Source: Ascidiella aspersa
Taxonomy: Eukaryota
DNA: 64,000 bases
Direction: 5' to 3'
NCBI GenBank assembly: GCA_963924565.1
Contig: OZ004610.1
Coordinates: 15,934,001 to 15,998,000, forward strand
Part shown: piece by piece, positions 36,594 to 51,500 of the stretch
Numbering within the stretch: the first letter of the stretch is position 1
Layout of the letters: every line of letters starts with the position of its first letter
The notes under the pieces: generated by a model
Seen by the model: only the letters and a program-made list of their open reading frames with translations
Database searches by the model: none
What the model was told of the DNA's origin: nothing
Made by a program: the position numbers and the translations under genes

Positions 36594-39500
36594 TTACCAG
36601 ACTCTGCACGTGTGATCCGGAGCCATTGCGTCCACACCTCTTCTACAATTGAAGGCATTTTCAAACTCCTCGAAGTTTTGGGAAGGAACAACCACCCTAT
36701 GTTAAGACAAATTGGACATGCTGACAAACTATTAAGGTGTGTGATAGCTTAATCTTATGTAAAAGCCCATATTACTTTTGTGACTTTTGTTAAAATGAAT
36801 TTAAAATTGGTATAGTTCATTTCTTTCTGGATGTGACCTACCTGTATTCACCGGGGCTGTGACTATCAGTTGTCAACAGGCGAACTGCATATTCCTCTGT
36901 ATATTTACTGCACCACACCTTATAGAAAGTAACAATTTTTACAGTTCTGTAAGCAAGTTAATTTAGAAGACAAAGTGAATTGTTTCCCATCTAAATTAAA
37001 TTATTGTTCAGTTAAAAATATTACAAAATATGAAGTCACTTTGTCGGGAACTGTTCACCTGAGCGTAACCAATGAACAAAAGCTGATCTTGTGTAAATTT
37101 GCTTAAGCCTGGCAGTCTCAAATCCCCTTTCGGGTTTACTTCTTGCCATTTCTTGTAGGCCTGTGGAAAATGTATTAGATTATTTATTCCCAAATGATTT
37201 GTTATGGTTTTACCGACACTTTGACTTAACATTCGACGTTAAGCTATGTTTTAAGTTAAGGTTTTAGTTTTGGTGATATATGTCATCTCAAAATAAACTT
37301 ACTAAATAGGTTTGACGCAAACCACCATTGTCGGCAATGTTTTCCCCAAGTGTCAGTTCCCCATTAATCTGAAAATATAATTATTGGAAATTGTTACATG
37401 CTATTTATTAAAGGTTAGTATTCCTTAGCTTTGAATTCACGATATAATTTTGTTAATAAGGTGTGGTAAGGGAGCACAGGGCCACTGTCGCTTCCAGTTT
37501 TTGGCCTAATGCCTAGGTGCTTTACTGCGCGTTGTTCGTGTCGTTTACTTTTTTATAATCAAAAAATACATTCAAAATGTCACAGTCATCCTTTAATTAT
37601 ATATCAAACATCGTGTAAGCTGCTTTAAAAAAATACTTAGTTAACCCTTGCATGTGGGCACAGTTGTTATTCAAGGTTTTATAAATTTCTAGAGACCACA
37701 ATTCCGTATCAACTAGTTTTACCAATAAACTGTAATAAAAGCTAGCTCTGATTTGGAAAATGTGTGGATCAACCCAAATTTACAGTTTTGCCAACTGTTA
37801 TCAGAAGTGGGCAAATTCTTTTGGAGTATGGGTTGTAATAAACTGACAAATTTGTGGCCTCTTTATTTCTCACATGTTGATCACGTGCTTCTTCCCACGA
37901 TATGGCCGAGTATTGGTCGACCATACACTGCGACTTGTTCTTAAAGTTCTCTTTGGAAAAATCGGTCCACCAGTCGTTAAGATTTCCGGATCCGTCAAAC
38001 TGTGCCCCGGAATCGTCAAAGCCGTGTGTGATCTAAAAACATTGTGGAACCGGAACGTGCTTAAACGCAGTTTAAAAAAATACTATTTTGCTTATACGGA
38101 CAAAGTTTGCAATATTTAAATCGGAACAATTAACTGTCCGATTTAACCTAAATCGGTCAACATTTCGTTGCGAATTATAGGTTAAATAGGACACTATTTA
38201 AATCGGAAACTATATTTGTCTATTTAAATTTATTTGGAAAGACTTACATTCCGTTGTAAGTTTAACGCAAATGGTTTATAGGGCGTATCAAAGTTAGTAA
38301 ATTTCCTGTTATGATGTTTGAGCTATATTAAAACTGTTTTGTGTATAGGAACATGTTTGTTGCTGGGGTGTCACTATAAGTTTTTTTCTACTTTCCGTTT
38401 TTTTTTCTACTTTTCCGCAAGAAATAAAATTGGTATGTCTTACCGATGAGGAGACACCTAAATTCTGAGAAATGATACGAACACTATTATCACAATGTTA
38501 GGGCCATTAGATCGAAGAATACGCATTTGTTCTAGCTTAAAAATGGCAGATTACTGAAGTTTTGAGTAATAACGTCAATCATCAATTGAAAAAGGAGCCC
38601 ACGCCTGAACACAAACCAATTTTATTTGAACTCAAAGCAGAAATTAAATTTGACTAATTTTGATACGCCCTATAAACCACTATTTCTTTGTAATTTAGTT
38701 TAGGGCAGGGTTTCTCAACCGTGGCCCTCGGCCTGGGGGGCCACGGAGCGCTGATTGGGGGGTCACGGGCATAACCCTCTAGCTAGGTCGTAGTGTTGCA
38801 AAACTAACCTACCCAATTGTAATATTTTTCAAAATTTGCCAGTTTAATTCGAATCCAAATTGTAATCGAATCCGCTTCTGCCGTTTATATCGGGTAAGTG
38901 GAACCGATCAAATTTGTTCGTTTTATTGCGGAAAGTATATCCTATAGTCGTACACACGCGAGTTGCAAGATTAACACCGCCTATCGCTGTGGCGAAACAA
39001 TTATATCGTGCCGCTTCGTGTAGCTTAATAACGTGGCGTTAGTGTTTTTGCGGGCGACCAATAACTTTCTGATAACGGTCGCAGGTGCAGAGATTTCTCA
39101 GTTTTTTAAGATTTGTACCCACTTCTCAGCAAGAAGGCTGTCGTAATGTGCGTTTAATTCGCAACTTTGCGAAGCTAGACTTTATGATCTGGCGTGCAGT
39201 AAAACGAAATCCAGAAATCGTCTTTACGTATGTAATGACATTCGCTTGTCTTAATATAAAACAAAGCCGAATAAAGAAAATTGGAGAAATAGAAGAAAAA
39301 GCTTTGCAATAGTAAGTGCTTTTATTCGTTTAATAGCTATATTTATTGTTATCGAGGATTAGTACAGTAAGTGAAAACACATTAAATACAAGGCTAGTTT
39401 TTTAAAGCAAGGGGGCCACGAGGGTTTAGCGCTTTTCAAAGGGGGCCACGGAGCATAAAAGGTTGAGAACCACTAGTTAAGGGGGACATATAAACTTTTC

Positions 39501-42500
39501 GATTTAATTGTTTTCTGATTTAACCTCACTCAGACAACATTACATTCCGATTTAGATGTTGTATGATTAATCCTAAATTGGAAATTAATTTTGTCCAATT
39601 TAACTATTTTCCTATTTAACTTATATCGACCAAAATTACACTATGATTTAAGCTAAATCGGACAAAAAAGATGTTCGTTTAAGTGAATTAGTTTTTTTCC
39701 GAACGGCGACTCATAAACGTAAACATTAAAACTTGAGGACAATATTGCAAAAAATTGCGTTCTTGTTAGAATTGCCATCCAAAGGAAAATGAAAAAAAAA
39801 TCTCGTTTGTATCTGGATTGCTGTCTTGATTTTGCAGACTGATATATTTTTGAAGTGGCAGCATCTTATCAACGATTTGTTTGCAATTATATTCACTCCA
39901 ACGGGTCACATAAATACACTCGATTTGACACCTTACCTCGTGACCAATAACCATTCCTATTCCACCGTAGTTCATAGAGGTCGGCTGCCCGGCATCGTAG
40001 AAAGGGGGTTGCAATATTCCTGCCGGAAATACGATCTGGTTTCGCGACGGCGAGTAAAATGCATTCACAATCGCTGGGCCAGTTATCCACCTGCGATATT
40101 ACACCTTATGTTAAATGAACAAATGTCTTAACAATTGTCTTGAATATTTATGATTTGAAATGTATTTTGCGTTCATTCAGAATCTATCTTTAGTTTTTCT
40201 ATAGCACATCACATTTTCAAGATGTTGTAAATTTAAGTTTCCAGAAAAACGCACTTAAAACAATACACAGCTAAAATAGATGGACTTGTCTAAAATATTA
40301 CTGTTTTGTACAAATGGCGCGAGTCATCACGATACAGCATCTATAACAGGTGTCGTCAAATATTCCCTTATTCTAAAAACTTTGGTGACGGGATTCCATT
40401 GACTAATGTCGATGTTAAATGGTCTACCCTGTTTGTCACAAACAGCACCAAGGTTTTTTTAAAAAAAGTTTAAGTAGGAATGCAGAAATTTTGAATGATA
40501 TGCACTAACCCATCTAGGTGAAACAACATCAAATTCTATAACGCGGTTACATTTGGTAAAAATTTAGACCACAACCATTAAATGCCTGCAAAGCAAGTAA
40601 TTCCAACATTTTGAAATGTGCCTTTGGCACTCTTTAAATATGTTGTCCATCAAGATTCCTTGTTGTTGTTTTTTTTAAAACCTGAGAATACTGTAATATT
40701 TTCGAAGTCAGTCACTTAGGATTTCTCATATGGTCTCGTCTGATATAATGATCTTGGTAGTACAGTTGTTCTACAAGTACCAGAAGCAGCATTGTTTTGT
40801 TAATCCGACTTGCATATCCATAATATTATGGCTGTAGCAAAAGGGTCCGCACCTACTGTTCAGTAGGTACAAGTTTTGTTTTCGCAATCTCTTATTACTG
40901 TATCAATCTAAAGAATTTTTTTTATTTAAATCTTATTGTACGTCTGAATTTTTTGGAAAAGAGACATATCTCCAATAAGGTTGTTTACACTTTTCTGGGA
41001 AACAGAATTAGTTTTAAACATTTGTTTGATCCTTACGCAAACTCGCCAGATTAACTGGGTTAAACTTTCTTCACGAAAATTTTGAAACTTACCAGAGACA
41101 ATTCAAGACTTTCATAATGCGGAAGCCGGACATAGGTACTTCATGCGGTACAGCCATTCTTACTCAGCTGTAAAGTAGCCTACATTCTAATTTAGGATAA
41201 TAAAAAAATATACCACTTTTTTAACAGATTCATCAAAAAAACATCTTCCTTATAATATATATGCTGTTCTTATCAAATGTGACTTTTGACATAGATTAAA
41301 TGCTGCTTGAATTACTTTACTATTATATCGCAATATCTTTATTACATCGCCATTAGGCAAGTATTAAAAAAATGTGAGTATCTTAAAAACCTGATATGCT
41401 AGAAAAAAATCAGACAGTTTTAAAATTGACGCTAAAAATCATTTAAGAAAGAATCGTTCCCATCTCCGTTTAATATTAGCTGTTGACCTGTGTAAGTCAC
41501 GCACTTACTCATCAAAATCGACTTCTTTAGTTATCTTGGTTAAACTCTTGTCTTCATTAAATTCGATCAAGTTTTGTACTGTTTCCAGATATACCCCCGA
41601 CACAACGGCCGCTTTGTAATCTTCGTCCATTTGTTTATCGTTGGGATCTACGATGTAGTCTGGGTAAGCAATGATTGGTCGTATTTGATCTGCTTTAGTA
41701 GCAGCCGCTGCTTTCGTTGTGTCATCCATCCAGTCATTGCCGGGCAGCAGCTCTTTAAAAACCGTTCTGATGTCCTCCACCATTTGAACTGTCTGCAAAA
41801 AAATTAATGTTTCTTTGTCTAAATTGGGCAACGTTATATCTCTACGAGCCAATTTTTAAGGTTTAATTCGGCGAAAAAGCATTCTCCCAACATATTGAAG
41901 TTTAAAAAGTGAAGACTTAAGAGCCAATTATTTTGTTTTGCTAGGTGACTTTTAGCAGCAGGCGTACAACAAAAGATAAAATTTACACTTTTGTATTACA
42001 AAACAGTTTTTATCACAAAACTAATGCTAATCCTGAGTCGACGGTATGATTTATTTTCAAGGACAAACGAAGCCACAAAAATTACCCATATATGACTTAA
42101 GCAAGTTGTTGATATAACTTTAATCGCTTTTTAATATGCTCAATTTAGTTGAAAATAGCAATGACCACATTTAGGTAGAAATAAAAATCGTGGTTACACA
42201 CTTTCCAGTTGAGTATTGGACTTTGCTATAAAAAGCACAATAAAAAATATTTTAATGTATTACCGAAACACATAAAGGCATAAAAATCAATGCAGTGTGT
42301 ATTCTTTAGCATTTACGTATCAAAACATTTCCAAAGAACGACAACCGAAGTATAAAGTACGCTAATGATTTGAATTCATCACAAATGAAGTTCTTACCAT
42401 TGCGTCATCTAATTAAAAACACTTACGGCCACTTTGTTAGCCTCTGGAAAGGCGTCGGTTACGAAAAGTGAGCCCACAGGCATTGGAAAGTAACTGTTGG

Positions 42501-45500
42501 TGGTGTCGGAGCAGGTCTTCCACCTTGCCTCTTCACTTGTCGTTCCGGACACCGCCTGTCGGTAGGTGGCGTACGTGGCCCTCAAACCTGAGCTCATGTA
42601 GCTTATGCGATCTTTCATGATGCGCCATACCAGATAATTTTGTACAAGCCTGAAAAGAAGATCTGCACTGAAGCCAACCACTGGCGTGTTATAAACATAA
42701 AAACGCAATCTCTAAATACACCAATGGCCACAATAATTGCATTACCTACTACAATGTCCAACAAATGGTACAACAATCTACAAGAGCTTTCTGTACTAAC
42801 CAATTACAAAATGTAACTTACTCCCATCGATTGTTAATTATAGCAGTCACATTTTTGAGATATTTTGGAGCGTAAGTTACTACGTTTGTATCTGTTGTAA
42901 ACTCTGCCCCGGGAATTTTGCTGAACATTGTTTGGACGTAATCAATCCATTGAATTGTGTCGGTAACATTTGTGCCCATTTCTGCGATGGTGAACTTCTT
43001 ATAAATGGCCAAGCTGTCCCGACGTTCGCTAGCAGGTGCCATAGACCCGGCTAATTCAGTTTCGAACTCGATGATCTGAATACAAGTACAGTTATACGAA
43101 CTATGAAAAAAGTTTAAAAGTTTTACTACAACTAATTAAGTTAATTCTAAATTCGCCCGATTTATATAACTATAAAGTCGTAGTATGTATAGTTTTTGAA
43201 TATTAACGTACAAAGAACGTCACTTCGATTAGCATACCTGATCAACTGTTTGAACAATATTAGTTACATCAGAGTATCCCTTGGCCTTGCCAATTTCCGT
43301 CATAAAATCAATCATAAATGTTCTATATCCTTGCTTTGATTTATTGTAGCTGTCTTTCAGATAATAGTCCAAGTTTGGCATGCCAAGGCTGGGTTGATCA
43401 ATCTACAATTCATATAAAGATTTTGTCATAAACAGATGCAGTAGGTTTACCTAACGCAAACACAAATGAATAAAAAAATGCAATTTATTTCTAATTTAAC
43501 GCGGATCCAGGATTTTTGTTTGGAAGGGGCGATGAAAATAATTTTCAAATGACACAAATTAATGCCATAGTGTAACACATCGAATTTTTGCAATTATTAG
43601 GTTTAAATTGACGAACTTTTTATTTAAAGGAGACGTGGCGTAATAATTTGTTTTGAGCTAATTTAATTATCGCAAACAAGTTGTAAACCTTTTGCCCTGA
43701 ATGTTTCCACAAAAACACATCGTATAACTTTTTTTTTAAGTGCAAAAAATCTTGTAATGCGTTTATGTTAATAAGCTGGAGAAATGTTAATGACGATACA
43801 ACACCCATATTATACCCCCTCCGGTAATCTACCCCTGTAAACCTTTTTATAAGCGAAACAGTCGAAATGCCATAAGAACGGGCCTCTATACAACCCTCTT
43901 ATCGGTTAGCCTTGTAACTGAAAGGTTTGTTGGGCCACCATTCCGCTATGTTTTTTTTTAGATTATGTATACAACCGTTATCAACCACCATGCACTTTCC
44001 AATAGGATGTAAAAGGTTTGTTTAAGTTGGGCATGTAAGACCATTAGTAAACTCATTTGGGAACAGAGTCAACCTTTTACTAACATCACGATCTGTCAAT
44101 CAGTTGCGTGACTAACAAAACCACTGAAAATGGCGTTTGTGGTCGCTCAGTTAGTTTGAACTCCTGCCGAACGTCATGCCCTTTCTGCTGGAAATGCGTA
44201 TCCGAGGAACAAAAAGCAAGTCTGTGCACGTCATTACTGCAACAAACGTTTGGTGGGAAATGGTATTGATCATCATTCTTGCATCATAAAATGCTCCGTC
44301 TACAAAACGTTAGGTTTGTGTTTGCCTAAAAACAAACTTCTTTGTGGGCTCCTTGCTACACCGGATAAGATTTGTTAAACAGAGGTTGTTTTCTTCCATA
44401 CAATGCAATCGCCTCCCCCACCAAACTCCCTATCTTACACAGCATCACCAAATTGTGAGTCCCGTATTCATATATAAACAGACAAGTTCGGCACCGTATA
44501 TTTCTACGCAGGTTGTCTTTAACTTTTTATCGATTGATTGGCTGTATACTTTTTGTGTAATAAATAGGGCGATTGTTTTTTGACTTGTCAAAAAAAAGTC
44601 AAATTTTTGTCAAAATTTACACGTTAGGTTAAAATTTGTCACAATTATTTCAAGTCAGAATCGACCAAAAATTCACATCAAACAATTACAAAATTAAAAA
44701 AATAACTATAGTCAGCTTTTCAAAAAATCGTTCAGTTTTTTTTTAAATTCGTTGTTTAATTATTTCAAAAAAAATTAGTTTTGATTTATATTCAACGGCA
44801 TGTTAACTGTATTATATCTTCATTAGAGCAGAATACGGTATATGCGAGCAGAATTACACACCGAGGCCTCTCTGATTTGGACAAATGTATTGAACAGTAT
44901 TTGCTGTGTTTGTCGCTTGCGATTTGCAATTATCCCATTTCGTATTTCGATAACTTGGTCTTCGTTGGTTTCTGCAATCATTTTTACGTTGTATTTTGAC
45001 TGTTTACCACCACAATTTTTAAATTCAGTATTTTTTAGATGTTTGTCTTTTTGAAATGACAAAAAATATCAACTAAGCATTTTCATGAGTTTCGCATTAA
45101 CCCGAAAAAATAACTGATGATCGTGTTCGATTTGTAGTCAGTAAAACATCAAAAACGTGCGGTTGACGATGCCAAAACACTAATATAGTACCCCAGACAA
45201 CAATATGTTGTTTAAACCAATGTTTTTCTAACAGGTCAAAATTTTGTTAAAACAAATTATTTTTATGTCAAAATTCGTCAAAATTTTAATTTTTCAGGTC
45301 AAAAATTTGGCAACAGATGTTCCTAGGATATGGCATTTTAGCAACAAATATATTTTTCCAGCACCATTGCGAGAAAAACAATCCCGCTTCGGGCGTCATG
45401 ACCTTTGTTGTTTAACCAACAGCCCACTGTCAATTTGGTTCACGCCAGGCGACTGGTGACCTTTTATTACCACATCACGGAATTTTTTGCCCGGCCAACA

Positions 45501-48500
45501 TTGGAACCTATAGACATTTGCTTCGAGATGTACATTTACTTTCAATTTGTTGCCACCGGGTTAGTTTTTTGACGTAAAAACGCCACGCCTTTCAAACAAA
45601 CTAAATAAACTTACTTGGATATACTATGAAAAGTATTTACGCCTAGCTTAATTTACTTGATCTCCCTAAGGCAATACTATGTCGCTCCATACAACACGCA
45701 AAACTAATCCTTAGTGGCAACTGAATACTTATAATTTAGCCAACTGTTCAGATATAAGTATTTCTTGCTTTTTGGGGTCATTTTATTATACAAGCCTTAT
45801 AAAACCACAACATAGCGCTGTAAATTTCAAATATTGGCGAAAGAAATGAACCTTAAATTGATGGTTTGGAATCCTATGTGTGTTTTTGTTGTCAAAACGT
45901 TAAACATAATTAAACATCAAAAACACCTTTGAATAAAGCTAATTTAACCTGGCATGACATTACAAATATTTCGGAATTGTTTGTAGACAAGTAGACGAAA
46001 TAGGCCTGGTTAAACCTAAGTTAATTAACAAATTTTTTCAAAAATACATTTGCCAGAAGAGCTCTACAAACCTGATATTATGCCTGGTAGCAATAGCTTA
46101 TATACTAAGTTAATTAACTATAGGTATTGAATAATAAAATTCCGCAATAAAAACATTTGTATCAAGTTACATAATAAGCTTACCTGCAGTATGTTAGCCG
46201 TCGAAATCATATCGTCAGCGCTTACCCATGACGATATAATAGCGTATGTGCTAAATTTTGAACGGAAGTTGGCAAGGGTAGTTTCAAATTGAAAAGTTGC
46301 AGCATCGAAAGCATCCCCGACGACTGGCCAACCTCCAGCGTTAGCAATAATGTCTACGGCCGGATCTGCCCCACTACTGTCGATTTTTCCTGGTGGAAAT
46401 TATTTTGTAAATTTTATAACGAAAGTGGGGGAGTTTATGTAATATGGTCTTACCAGTATCAAGGCAAAGGTTGTAAAATGATTTTGCTTTCACTATTGAT
46501 TCTCTTTCGCCATCCTTTTCTGTTTCTAACACACCTGCACATAAAGGTTGACATACAACAACGTATTTTTTTTTCGGACTCCAGCCAAGACCAAAATAAG
46601 AACAATTTCAACGTCGGAATAAAACACACTTCGGAATAAGACCAAAAGAGCAATAATACCTAATAGTCGTAACACAAACAAATCGGATTAATACCTAAAC
46701 CCCTCGGAATTGCACCTATGGCCGAAATCAGGCCTCTCCAACATTTTAACTAAACCCAAACCTCACCCCTAAGTACATCATTAACTTTCCTAACAATTTC
46801 AACCCCAACCAATTTTTTAACCCACCCATTAACCACCAATAACCCCAAACAGCCCAAACAATCCGATGCCAAAACAACGGCGCCATTCAAACTAGGTCGC
46901 CCGAACGTTTACATCATAATGGCCGATGCTGCAGGCTCATGGTCCCTGATCGTCCCATACCCTCTATCTACAGTTTTAGGGGTTATTTTGGCCTTTTAGA
47001 CCTCATTCCGATGAATTTAGGACTTATTCTGACAGGTTTATGTCTTATTCAGACGATTAAGTTTTTATTCTGTCGTGGATATTATTGCGTACGGCTTTAT
47101 TATGTCCTTAGTTTTAATACTATAGTTTTATACATTTTTCTGCTGTTGGTATTTTTTAATTTGGTATGATTTTTATTATAACCATCAACGTTTTAATTAC
47201 ACATTCAGTGAATCTTTTTCTGGGCAATAGATGGAAGCCAGACGACAAGGCGAAAAGCGAACTTTAAAAACATTAAGCAGTTCTATTTCTTAAAGTTTAA
47301 AATTGAAGAGGTGTTACTTCAGTACAAATGCTACGTCATAAGGGAGCTATCGATAAGTGCAAATCAAGAAGTTTCTTTGTGCTTTTACGTAGTTAAAACA
47401 GGCAAAAAGTACAGTTTGTTCGGAGGGGGTGGATCCGCCCCAGTGTACAAACTGTGTTTTCTTTTTGTGCTGAAAGCCACAACGTTTGCTTTTTGATTTA
47501 CCTAATCGTTATTTTTATTTTTTTTAAATCTAATATGTAAACACGCTAGGCTTCAAGTATGCTCTATATTTCTAATATTGGTTAAACATTTACACATTAT
47601 TATTATCAAATGGGTCTATCTAAAGAAAATAATCCAACATTGTGTTGCTAGGCTCAATCAATACGTTACGTATTATAGCAATGGATTTCTTAGATGTAAC
47701 AAAAAGCAATTTCCCATGCATATAGTAAAACTATTTTTTTTCGTTTGAAAAAGATTAGGGGAAGTACGGGACCCATGGAACATGGGGACCAATGGAACAC
47801 TGGCATATTGCGCCCCCTGTTGGCAGAACGAAATAAATTTTTGGTTTGAGGGAATAATTTTGTGTACAGAACTTTGTCTAAAATGTTCTACAGCGTGCTT
47901 TTGGAAATGGTTGATTTATTCCATTTTTTTCACTTTTCCAGGTGAAAAATGTACTTTTTAGCTTGATCTTCGTAAGGTGTTTTGATAGTCTTTAGGCAAT
48001 TGTAAAGCAGTGAATATTTTTCTGTGGAGAGAGGGGACATTTAGGTACATGTTGAAAGTTAGTATGATTAATTTGGTTCAGAGTACTGGCTAGCCATGAG
48101 TGTTTTTATTAATAATGGCGATTAGAAGTCTGTTCCATTGGTTTCTCCATCATTTTGTGATCGTATCCTTAGATTTTAAGGATAGTAGTATGCCAACTTT
48201 TAAGACAAGAACATCTAATAAGGGGTTGTTCACTAAGGACCAGGGCTACGGAGTCGGACTCGGCACTCGAAGGAGTCGGACTCGGGACTCGAGTAAGACC
48301 ACGTAAAACTACCAGAGTCCCGAGTCCGACGTGCACATGCGCAGTACCAAAAACCGATATTGTCGTCAATTGCAGTTTGTTATAGCGGTATAAGATATGA
48401 TGGATGTTTTCAAATAATTTATTGTGACTGGATGACTTATATGACATCCCTATGAGTGGATTGCTAAATACCCACCGTATTTAGTTACATAAATTGGCGG

Positions 48501-51500
48501 AATACAGACTGTAGAGTCAGAGTCGGACTCGACGAAATCGTACATTTGATTATTATTATATTTGCAGATATGTTCTCCTAAAAAAGAAAAACAATTTGAT
48601 ATAATTAACCCCGGCATATTTTATTAGAAATAATAAAAAAAAGTCATTTTAGCATTTTGTGCTTGTTTCCATGTGTTTTAATTTATCTCGTAAAATAATT
48701 TTTCTTGTGTCACTATTTCTACACCATTAACTGAGTAGTTATGCACTTCAGGAATACTCAGCGCAGTGTTTTTAGATGCAGTCATGCTCTGTTTCATAAG
48801 TCCCATGGGGTGTTCCATAGGTCCTGTGGGGTGGGACCGATGGAACAAAAAGTTACGTTTTTTATATTTAAAACAAAACTTAGAAGGATATGTCGAAATT
48901 TCAATTATTTTTTCCATGATAGGTACCCATGGCTGTAAGCTTTCCGAAGAAAATAACCGCGAGTGTTTTTGAGTTGTATTTCGAAAGAGATTACCGAAAA
49001 AACAAATCCGTTCCATGGGTCCCGCACTACCCCTAATGTTGTTTCCGCGATATATCTTGTGAAACTAAGACTGGGGTTCTTAAACTTTACTTTCTCACTT
49101 AACTATTTTGAAACAAACTGTACGCGATTGAATATCCGCAAACCAAAAAATATTTTGTAAATATTTTAGTCACGACTTCATACACTAGATGTGTTCGTTA
49201 AGTTTAGCATTGCTTCACAATAAATAACATCTGAAAATTCGGAACACTATATACGGATCTGTTCATAAGTTTAAGGGTGAAAATAACGGCCCAAATAGAA
49301 CAATAAAGCATGTCGCTTTTTACATCTGAAAATTGTTATGGAAATTTGCACGCGAGTCATGTTCAAACTGAAAGAATATTAGAAACCTTTCTCCCAACAG
49401 TGAGTACCTAAATATAAACAACTTCCACATATTTATTTGACATACGAAATAACGACAATGTTTTAAAAGACTTTCACAGACAAAAGTGGCTACTGCAGTG
49501 GATTGTTGTCGAAAATCTTTAAAGCGTTAATACGATAAATATATTTGGTTACCCAACAATTTCTCTTGCACACTGGCGGAACACGTAGCCCACTTAAAGA
49601 TCCCCTTAACGAGTCTAACTTGAGATGGCTCAGATAAAAAATGGTAAAAAACTGGTTTCCTACAAAGTTCGCGATATCTTGTTTCACCGTGGCTACACCA
49701 AACACCAGCAAAGGGTGTCGCCCGAGACACTTGTTTGTTAAAGCTGCAAATTAAATATAGGTCGAGAATGAATAACTCCAGGCACACATAAAACGATTAT
49801 CATTGAACAACGGACCGTAGCGATTCCATAAGCGTCACAACGCACATTTAGCAGCATTTGTTTGCTTCAATGCAATCACTTGTTTGCCCATTTACGCGGC
49901 AACCAACAGTCCTATTTGGTTTAATCACAAGGCGACCTCATGAGGGTTATCTACTGTAATGCTACGTCACAGCTATAATTTGCTGGTTAAACTTTTACCA
50001 CTCTCGCAAACATTGCGCGGACTGTTTGCAACACTGTACGGACTGCATGTGTATCTTCACAACATAAAATTTTCACCCCTTCTGCTGTACATTGCATTTT
50101 CCTATGTTAAGCGGATCCGTTGTATTAATGACACAAATTTAAAAAAACAGGTAAGCAATGCCAAGCGCTTGTGTAAGACGTTATACTTAGTTGTTAATTT
50201 ATGTTTTTGCCTTATGTTTGGACATCGATGAAGATTATGCACTCTATCTGGCATATATAAGGCATAGTTTATAGATAAGCAGACACGACCGCATTTTTAT
50301 AAAATAGATAAACATTCCACCTGGAACGGTTGATGAGATCATACGATATACGACCATGCAAACATACACTTACGTTTTAGAATGGCGGAAACATCATCAC
50401 GGAGTCCGTTAAAAGTGGAAACCGATGACTGATCGGATGCGATGATGTGATTTTGAATCCAGTTACCGCATGCGTATTGGTAGAAGTCTTCGCACGGATC
50501 GGCTGTCTGATTCATGGCGTTCAAAATGCGAGAGGCTGCACGCAATTATCAATATTTGACCTTGGTTTTGTCGGGTGCATCGACCGGGTCTACGTTGACA
50601 ACAAGCATCGAAAACGATTCTATGCTTTTAAGTCTGTTTTTCCTAATGTTTTTCGGGTAATAAATGTCGTAATGGTGATAATTTATACACAATAATTAAA
50701 CTTTAAATATTACGTTGAAAAGATATTAGAAAACAGTCAATCCAATTCAATAGTTAATAGCACTCGTTTTGTTTTGAAACCGTTGCTTTGTCAATTTGGG
50801 TTAGACTTACAACGTACTCTTCAGGCATGTGTTAACGAGACGCGAAAAAGGCGTTGTGGTAAAACCCGAGGCTTTTTTATACAGTGTCTGTTATCAAAAA
50901 CAATTAGTGATTTTATGTTACATGTGACTTTGTTTTGAAACAGAAATGATAGTTTAGGTAGAAATCACAAAAAGCATCTTTTCTAGGTAGTACTCACCGC
51001 TGGCTTATCTATCTGTGCTTATCTATCTGTACAACAATTACACTTTAAGGCAGAAAACTACCTCTGCTTTACGTGAGCATTAACTTTATGCGGGCGATTT
51101 AGGATACAATTAAAATCGATCAATAAGGTCCCAATTTAAAATTTAGGCACACAATGGTAGCAATCAATAAAGAATGCTGGGGAGCAGATGAAGAAAATGC
51201 CTTAGGGCGATATTCTGACAGAAGTTGGGGCAATTGCCTATTTCAAACGTTCGATGTTAGACTTTTTAGTAACAAAAACGTTTGAATTCTAACTCAGGCA
51301 AGTAGGGAGTTGAAACCTGCTGTGATGCAATCTTCCGTTTCGCAGATTTCCGGATCGGTGGCTGAAATAACAAAAGTGACATACACCAAATAAAATCATT
51401 AAAAAATTCGCTATTTGTTATTCAATGCTGTTTCAACGTGCAATGTTTACAGTATTGCTAAACGGTTTAAATTGATTTAAATAAAGTAAACTTCAGTGTG

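Noticed and set aside
44330-45460. ORFs 44781-45062 and gtcaaaa-rich repeats
   Set aside because: No recognisable protein similarity or splice context. Probably a degenerate intronic repeat.
46540-47100. Region with gaataag repeats and an AC-rich (aacccc-like) core, possibly telomere-like
   Set aside because: Not a regular TTAGGG array. More likely an old TIR element, but its termini could not be defined.
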